In this document: in pieces, positions 54,781 through 64,000 of the stretch
Layout of the letters: each line of letters starts with the position of its first letter
How positions within the stretch are numbered: position 1 is the stretch's first letter
Source of the DNA: the human T2T-CHM13v2.0 reference genome, Homo sapiens
DNA length: 64,000 nucleotides
Direction: 5' to 3' (one strand)
Assembly (NCBI RefSeq): GCF_009914755.1
Contig: NC_060936.1
Made by a program: the position numbers and the translations under genes
Notes under the pieces: model-generated
What the model was told of the DNA's origin: nothing
Databases searched by the model: none
Seen by the model: the letters and a program-made list of their open reading frames with translations, nothing else

Positions 54781-55999
54781 TCTTATGTAATATAAACAAA
54801 AATCTTTATTTGCTTAATAATTTTGTTATTTAATTTATTCTTGAATTTATTATGTAAGGAATAAGGATTTTAAAAATATTTATTTTGAACTTAATATCAA
54901 GGAACTCAAAAGTAAATAAAATGTAGGAAAAAACTTATTGATAAGTCAGTTAAAGACCAATAACAAATGTTACAGCAGTAAAAACACTTATTATAGCCTC
55001 AATCATTCTGGAACTCACTTTTAAAATCCTTTAAAGTTATGGCATTATAAATTGATGTTTAAGGTGTCCTAATATTGATATCAAGAATTTATGTCCTTCA
55101 TTTGATCCTGACTACTACTTTGCAAAAGACAGTATCATCTTATTTAGATTTAGATCATTTGGTAGCCTTAAGAAATTATCTGACAATACCAACAAATACA
55201 AAAGCAAATATCATTGATAAATTGATTTGAGATGTGAAGAAACATTTTCTTACATCTATTTTACATAAATCATTGCTATAGGCACACTGCATTTTAAAAA
55301 AACAAGGTGATAGTGTAACTTAAACAAGTTCAAAAGCTAGTAAAAACAATAAAATATATCCCACAAAACAATCATATAGACAAAATATAGGTGCCAAAGG
55401 GAGATGTGACCAAAATACTTTGAGAAAAAAAGAGACGAATATGAAGGGTCAAAAATGAGGAAGAAAGAGTGTTGGAATTTAAGAGTATTGACTCCTAATT
55501 CTATTCCCACTACCTTCTCCTATTAAGCATAATTTGACGTCAAGACCATCCAGTTATTTAAGAAGCAGGCTGCTACAATTATGTTGATTGCAGGGCAACC
55601 AGGTAAATGAACTTTCATGTTTTTCAATTCATGGTCCTTACAGTCAGCCAGTATAAGAAAAGTGCATTCTCTACATACTTAATCCAATTAGAGCCTAATC
55701 ATATATCTTGTGTGCAATGTTTCTAAAGAGATACAACAACAAATTCTCCTCTGCTCCAGACACAATGTATATGTGACACATCACAGCACTGCAAACTCAG
55801 GGACTCCAGATGGTGTTACCACAACATTTGAAGACTGAATTACCAAAGTATGTAAACCAAAATAGACCACTAATAGGAGCAACATATACAATCAGTCAAA
55901 GTGCACAAAACAACATAAGGAATCACTACTCAAAAAGGGAAAACATTTAACAAATGTCAGAGATGAGAAAGTATATGGGATAAGTGTAAATACCATCCA

Positions 56000-56560
56000 T
56001 TACACTGATAACTCCAACATCTAAGTCTCCAGTCCCAATCTTTTACACAAATCTACACCCTTACAGGACAACTCTACTTGGCTGCCAGCGAGGCATTTCA
56101 AATTTAACATGTTCCAGACAGCATTCTTGATTACCCATGGAATCTCCTGACCCTGAATTTTCCATATCAGAAAATGATGGTATCATTCACTAAGCAGGTT
56201 TGGTCAGAAAACTAGAAGTAATCCTCCATTCTTCTCTTTTAATTATATCCTAAAACTAGATCTCAATCAATTAGCAAGTTTTATCAACCTCTATTTAAAA
56301 TATATCACAAATCTTATTTCTGACCACCTCCACCTTTACTACCCCATTGCAGCCAATATGATCTCTAAATAGCACTACTATAATCATCTTCTAATGGTTT
56401 CCCATGTTTCCACTCATGTTCCACTCTGTAATTGGTTTTAAATGGCATTCTGAGCCATCTGTTCAAAACGTGAGTCAGATCATGACACTTCTCTGCTCAA
56501 GTCCTGCAATGTCTTTTAATCACACATAAAACAAAAATCGAGATTTTACATTCGTAGCTG
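56000..56560 (+). mobile_element. L2 fragment
   Basis: ctgataactccaacatcta...ggcatttcaaatttaacatgttcca...gtcagatcatgacacttctctgctcaa. Confidence 0.7.
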
Positions 56561-56629
56561 GAACAAAACTAAATCACCTATTATTTCCAAGGATTCTTCT
56601 GCAAACTAAACTCTGTGTGGTTTGCACAG

Positions 56630-56762
56630 TTGATCTCACCAAACACTGGATACGTGCGTGCCTTGATCTTGGACTTCCCAGACCCTAGAACCTGAGAAAT
56701 ACTTTTCTGTTGTTTAAGCCTTCCAGTCTATGATAATGTGTTATAACAGTCCAAACTGATTA
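56630..56762 (+). mobile_element. MLT1 LTR 3' fragment
   Basis: gccttgatcttggacttccca...ttctgttgtttaagcc. Confidence 0.7.
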
Positions 56763-57146
56763 TTGGCCAGCACTTAGTCACACAGCTACATCAACTGCAG
56801 AGAAAGCTGGGAATGTAGCCTGTATATACAACCACATGGCCAGCTAGAACCTGTAAGCTTGAATATTAAAGAATGAGGTAATGAAGAGATATTGTTGGGC
56901 TTCTAGTATTTGTCATAAGTTCTGTGCCATATCTTCCTACTACTTAGTAAACTATTGTGTTTTTATTCACTTATTTTCAATGTATTCAATATATCAAAAA
57001 ATTACTTCTTTCTTTGTCACACCCCTCCAATTTACTATTTCCTTAATGGTCAGATTTGATATAGGTATTAGAAAACACTTAGATTAAATTAACTTCTATT
57101 ATATAATGTAAAGATAATGAATACTACATATTCAAGGACTATGTAT

Positions 57147-57566
57147 TATATTAGGCAATCCTCACATTTCTGTAAGGAACTGCCTGAGACTATGTAATTT
57201 ATAAGAAAAAAAGTTTAATTGGCTCATGGTTCTGCAGGCTATACAGGAAGCATAGCAGCATCTGCTTTTGCGGAGGCTTCAGGAAGCTTCCAATCATGGC
57301 ACAAGATGAAAGGAGAGTAGGAACATCACATGGCAAAAGCAGGAGAAAGAGAGAGACGGTGGGGTGGGAGATGCCACACTAATTTAAACCACTAGATCTC
57401 ATGTGAACTCAGAGAGAGACTCACTTATCACCAAGAGCATGGTTCAAGCCATTCCTGAGGGATGTGCCCCCAAGATTCAAACACCTTTCACCAAGCCCCA
57501 CCTCCAACAGTGGAGGTTGCATTTCACCATGAGATTTGGGTGGGGATAAATATCCAAATTATATCA
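57147..57566 (-). mobile_element. MST (MSTA-like) solo LTR
   Basis: gtttaattggctcatggttctgcaggctatacaggaagcat...ggggataaatatccaaattatatca. Confidence 0.85.
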
Positions 57567-57924
57567 CATATTATATTACATTTTAAAGAACATTTTCATT
57601 TAAAATTCTATTTAATTGGAGCATACTGAAGATTCTAACACCAAATATGGAAGAAATAGAAAGATACAAATTAACCATAAAGGAATTTAGTTTGATTTTC
57701 CAAATCCATGCTTCCCATTATCATGATCAGGAATTTTACTTCTATGAATGGGCAAAGAATCTGTATGTCATGACTTTTTTATTTCTCTGTCTTTCACAAT
57801 CTGGGACTGAATGTTATTTTGGAATAAACCATTCTGTCTTGGAAACCATTATCTATACTTTGTGAGTAATAAACATGAAGGCAAGGAACATAGTAATTGC
57901 TATATAAAAATCATTTCATAAAAA

Positions 57925-59520
57925 GTATTTACAGTCAATTGATCTTTGATAAAAGAACACCCAATGGGGAAAGGATAATACTTTCAATTAATTGATCTGG
58001 AAAAACTAGATATCCCCTCATATGTTTAGGCTTTGTGTCCCAACCCAAATCTCATACTGAATTATAATACCCATAATCCCCACATGTCAAGGGAGAGATC
58101 AGGTGGAGGTAATTGGATCATTGGGGTGGTTTCCCCCATGCTGTTCTCATAATAGTGAGTAAGTTCTCATGACATCTGATGGTTTTATGTGTTTGGTAGA
58201 TTCTCCTTCATTCATTCTCCTTCCTGTCACCTTGTGAAGAGGGTGCCTTGCTTCCCCTTTGCTTTCTGCCATGATTGTAAGTTTCCTGAGGCCTCCCCAG
58301 GCATACTGAACTGTGAGTCAATTAAACCTCTTTCCCTTAAAATTACCTAGCTTCAGGAAGTTTTTTAATAGCAGTGTAAGAATAAACTAATACATCCACA
58401 TAAAGAAGAATAAAATTGAAACCTTATCTCACCCTACCTACACAACTTAACATGGATTAAAGACTTAAATATTAAGACCTGAAATTGTAAAAATGCTAGG
58501 AAAAAAAAAAACAGAGGAAAGCTTCTTGACCTTGATCTGGGCAATAATTTTTTCAGCTATGACCTCAAGAGAATAGGCAATGAAACAAAAATAGACAAAT
58601 GGCATTACATCAAACTACAAAGCTTCTGCACCACAAATAAAACAATTAACAGAGCAAAAAGACAACACATGAGTGGGAAAAAATATATGCAAACCATACA
58701 TCTGATAAGGGGGTGATTTCCAAAATATGTAAAGAACTCAAACAACTTAATAGCAATAAAGCAAATTAAACTTGACTTTTTTTAAATGGGCAACACACCT
58801 AAACACACATTTCTCAAAACAAGATACACAATTGGCCAGCAGGTGTAGGAAAAAATGCCCAACATTACTAATCATCAGGAAAATGCAAATAAAAACCACA
58901 GTGAGATATCACTTCACACCTTTTAGAATGAATGCTATAAAAAGGCAAGAGATAAGAAGGATAGAGAGAAAAGGGAACCCTTGTACACTGTTGATGAAGT
59001 GTAAATTAGTACAGCCATTATGGAAAACAGTACGAAGTTTCCTCAACTAGCCATAGAACTACCAGATGATCCAGCAATTCCACTTCTGGATATATACATT
59101 TAAAGGATATGATATCAGTATTTCAAAGAGCTATCTACACTTCCATGTTCATTGCAGCATTGTTCACAACAGACAATATAATGGAATTGGCCTAAGTGTT
59201 CACTGATAGATGAAGAGATAAAATGTGGCATATATAAACAATGGAATACTAATCAGATTTGAAAAATAAGGAAATCCTGTAATTTGTGACACAGGGATGG
59301 ACCGGAAGGACATTATGCTAAGTGAAATAAGCTAGGTACAGGAAGATAAATATTTAATGATCTCACTTCTGTGTGAAATCTAAAAAACTTGAACCATTAG
59401 AAGCAGGGAGTATAATGGTGGTTGTCAGGAGCTAGGGTTTGAAGGGAAATAGGGAGATGTTGATCAAAGAATACAAAGTTTCATTGAGGTATGATGAATA
59501 AATTATGGAGATCTATCATA
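57925..59520 (+). mobile_element. L1MA-type ORF2 3' part and 3' UTR, interrupted by THE1D
   Basis: gtcaattgatctttgataaa...IIRKMQIKTTVRYHFTP...ggacattatgctaagtgaaataagc. Confidence 0.85.
58018..58394 (+). mobile_element. THE1D-like solo LTR
   Basis: taggctttgtgtcccaacccaaatctcat...aactaataca; near-TSD tcccc/tccac. Confidence 0.88.
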
Positions 59521-59874
59521 CATCTACAAAAGCCCCACATTATATTTAATGTTAAGAAACTCAAAGCTTTCCCACTAAGATTAGGAACAAGAAAAGGATA
59601 TTTCCTATCCTTGCTTTTCAACATCGTACTGTAAGCACTACATGCTTCCACTGCTTTTCAACATTGTACTCTAAGTTCTAGCCAAAATAATAAGACAAGA
59701 AAAGGAAATAAATGTATACAGATTGGGAAGGAAAAAAATAAAACAGTTTTTATTCACAGATGATATAATTGTCCATGTAGAAAATCCAAAAGCTTAAATA
59801 AAAAAAAACCTTCGGGAACTAAAAATTAATTATAGCATGTTTGCAGAATACAAAAAGATTAATCACTTTCCTAT

Positions 59875-60208
59875 ACAGAGTCAGCCTTCTGCATCTGCTA
59901 GTTCCACATCTATGGGTTTAACCAATTATAGACAAAAATACTTGAAGAAAATGGATTGTTGTGTCTGTACTGAACATGTACAGATTTTTTTCCTTGTCAC
60001 TATTCTCTAAAAAATATAACAACTGTTTACACAGCATTTTCGTTGTATTAGGTATTATAAGTAATCTTGAGAGTATTTAAAGTATATGAGAAGATATGCA
60101 CAGGTTATATGCAAATAGTACAGCATTTTATATGAGACTTAAATATTCAAGGATTTTGGTATCCATAAGGAATTCTGTAACCAATCCCCCACCAATACTG
60201 ATGGCTGT
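59875..60208 (+). mobile_element. MER2 (Tigger-family MITE)
   Basis: gtctgtactgaacatgtacaga...gtattaggtattataagtaatct...ggattttggtatcc; bordered by TA. Confidence 0.8.
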
Positions 60209-61732
60209 ATTAGCAATAACATGTGAAATTTGAAATTAAAAACACAAACCATTTAATTAACACCCCTCAAAATGCAAGAGTTAGATGTAAATCTAACAAA
60301 ATATGTACAAGATCTATATGAAGATAATCACAAAACACTAATGAAAAAAGTCAAAGAACTAAATAGAGAGATATTACATATTCATGGACTTAAAGATTAG
60401 ATACTGTAAAGCTGCCTGGTTTTTCCTTGATTTATAGATTCAATGCAATCCTAATCAAATTCCCAGGAAGTTATTTTGTGGCTACCAATGAACTGATTCT
60501 AAAGCTTATATGGAGAGACACAAGACCCAGAATAGCCACACAATATTGAAGGAGAAGAACAAAGTTAGAGGACTGACATTACCTGACGTTAAGCCTTATT
60601 ATAAAACCACAGTAATCAAGATAGTGTGATATTGGTGAAATTATAGACAAATAGATTAACAAAGCACAATAGAGAGCCCAGAAATAGACTTATGCAAATA
60701 GTCAACTGATCTTTCACAAAAGAGCAAATGCATCACGATGGAGAAAATATAACCTTTTCAATAAACAACTGAATATACATACACAAAAAATGAATCTATA
60801 CACAAAACAATTAACTCAAATGGATCACAGAACTAAATGTAAAATCCAAAAACTCCTAGAAGAGATCATTGGAGAAAATCTAAATGACCACGTGTTTGGT
60901 GATAAACTTTTAGATACAACGCTGAAGTTATAAACCATAAAAGAAAAAAGGTGATAAGCAGCACTTCATTAGTAGTAGCAAGACACTTTTGAGAGAATGA
61001 AAAGATAAGCCACGGATAGGAAGAACGTATTTGCAAAAGACATATCTGATAAAGGACTGTTATCTAACATATATGAAGAATTCTTGAAACCTAAAAATAA
61101 GAAAACAGACAACCAGGTTAAAAAATGGTCCAAAGCCCTTAACAGAAACTTCACTAAAGAACATATGCAGACGGAAGATAAGCATATGAAAAGATGCTCC
61201 ACATCATATATAATCAGAAAATGCAAATTAGAACAACAATGAAATACCACAATATACCTTTTAAAATGGCAGAAATCCAGAACACTGACAATACCAAATG
61301 CTGGTGAGGATGTGGAGCAATCATAACTCTTATTTATTTCTGGTGGGAAAGAAAAATGGTTCCAAAATAAACTTTGGAAGATGGTTTGGTTGTTTCTCTA
61401 CAAAACTAAACATACTTTTACCAAACCATCCAGCAATCACCCTTTTGTATTTACCCAAAACAGCTGAAAACTTATTTACATAAAATCTACACACAACTAT
61501 TTATAGCTGCTTTATTCATAGTTGCCAAAACCTGGAAGCAAATAAAATGTCCTTCAGTAGGTAAATGGATAAACAAAATGTTACATCTAGACAATGGTAT
61601 ATTTTTAGTGCTAAAAAGAAGTAAAATACCAAGCCATGAAAAGACATGGCATAAATTTAAGTGCCTATTACTAAGTGAAAGAAGCCAATATGAAAAGACT
61701 ACATACTGTCTGAATCTGCGTAGATGATATTC

Positions 61733-63211
<1,479 letters not shown>

Positions 63212-63629
63212 TCTGCCCAGATGACATTCTATAGAAGTCAAACTATGGAGACACTAAAAAGAACATTGGTTACCAGGAGTTAGTGGGAAGGGAGGGATAC
63301 ATAGAGCAGAGAGGGTTTTCAGGGCAGTGAAACTACTCTGTATCATAATAATGAATACATATCAACATAAATTGATCCACAGCCATAAAATATATAGCAC
63401 CAAGAGCGAACTCTAGAGTAGACTATACACCTTGTGTAATAATGACATGTCAACGTAAGTTCACCAGTTGTAATAAGTGTACCACTCTGATGGGTGATCT
63501 TAATAATAGGTGAGGCTATGTATGTGTCAGGGCAGATGGGGATATGGAACATTGTTGTACCTTCTGCTTAATACTCCTGTGAACCTAAAACCACTGTAAA
63601 AAACAAAGTCTATTTTCGTAAAAAGTTAT

Positions 63630-64000
63630 GAACTCACAAAAGGTGGATGAATATAAAAACAATTATGCAGCTTAAGAAGCCAGACCACCCCCTGCCATAG
63701 TGTTAATATCTTCTTGTTTACTGATTCAATTTGTTTCAACTTCTAGAAGACATAAAATAATCTCTAATGGGAGAAATAAGATCAGTATTTGCTTATTGAT
63801 GAAGAAAGACGATGGAGGAGCAGATGAGACAGATTATAAAGAAGCACAGAGAAATAATTAGAGTTGATAGATGTGTTCATTATCCTGATTGTGGTGATAA
63901 TTCTTTAGCGATATACATATGTCAACACATTAAATTTTACACTTTAAATATGTGAAAGACATATTGTGTTTTAATAATATCTGAAAAAGATGTTTTAATA
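63630..64000 (+). mobile_element. L1ME-type 3' UTR fragment
   Basis: ggatgaatataaaaacaattatgc...tgttcattatcctgattgtggtgat...acactttaaatatgtg. Confidence 0.65.

Noticed and set aside
59611-59680. Imperfect duplication with 40-bp period in L1MC (also short duplications near 49931 and 51086)
   Set aside because: Ordinary slippage in neutrally decaying repeats.

Overview
Primate (most likely human) AT-rich genomic DNA. Most of it is interspersed repeats, and I found no recognisable intact protein-coding gene, RNA gene or CpG island. Main contents: (1) a near full-length HERV-L provirus on the minus strand (11200-19960, MLT2A LTRs, perfect GTTAC target-site duplication, TSD) with a complete two-LTR THE1A-type MaLR nested in its protease; (2) a polyadenylated, U5-less, 5'-inverted HERV-H/LTR7 retrocopy with an 11-bp TSD (52687-53943), which looks like an ERV transcript inserted by L1 machinery; (3) three further twin-primed (5'-inverted) L1 insertions of different ages, including a near full-length L1PB with about 3 kb inverted, and two L1MA copies stacked at one target site; (4) a 2.2-kb AT-rich minisatellite with block-wise unit turnover and an inverted tail, next to a 60-bp local duplication; (5) many Alu, MIR, L2, MaLR, ERV1 solo LTRs and Tigger-type MITEs. 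Several splice-site-flanked segments lie in the unique islands, but their coding or transcriptional status is unproven. Subfamily names were assigned by eye from remembered consensus features and need RepeatMasker/Dfam confirmation. Boundaries not fixed by a TSD are approximate.
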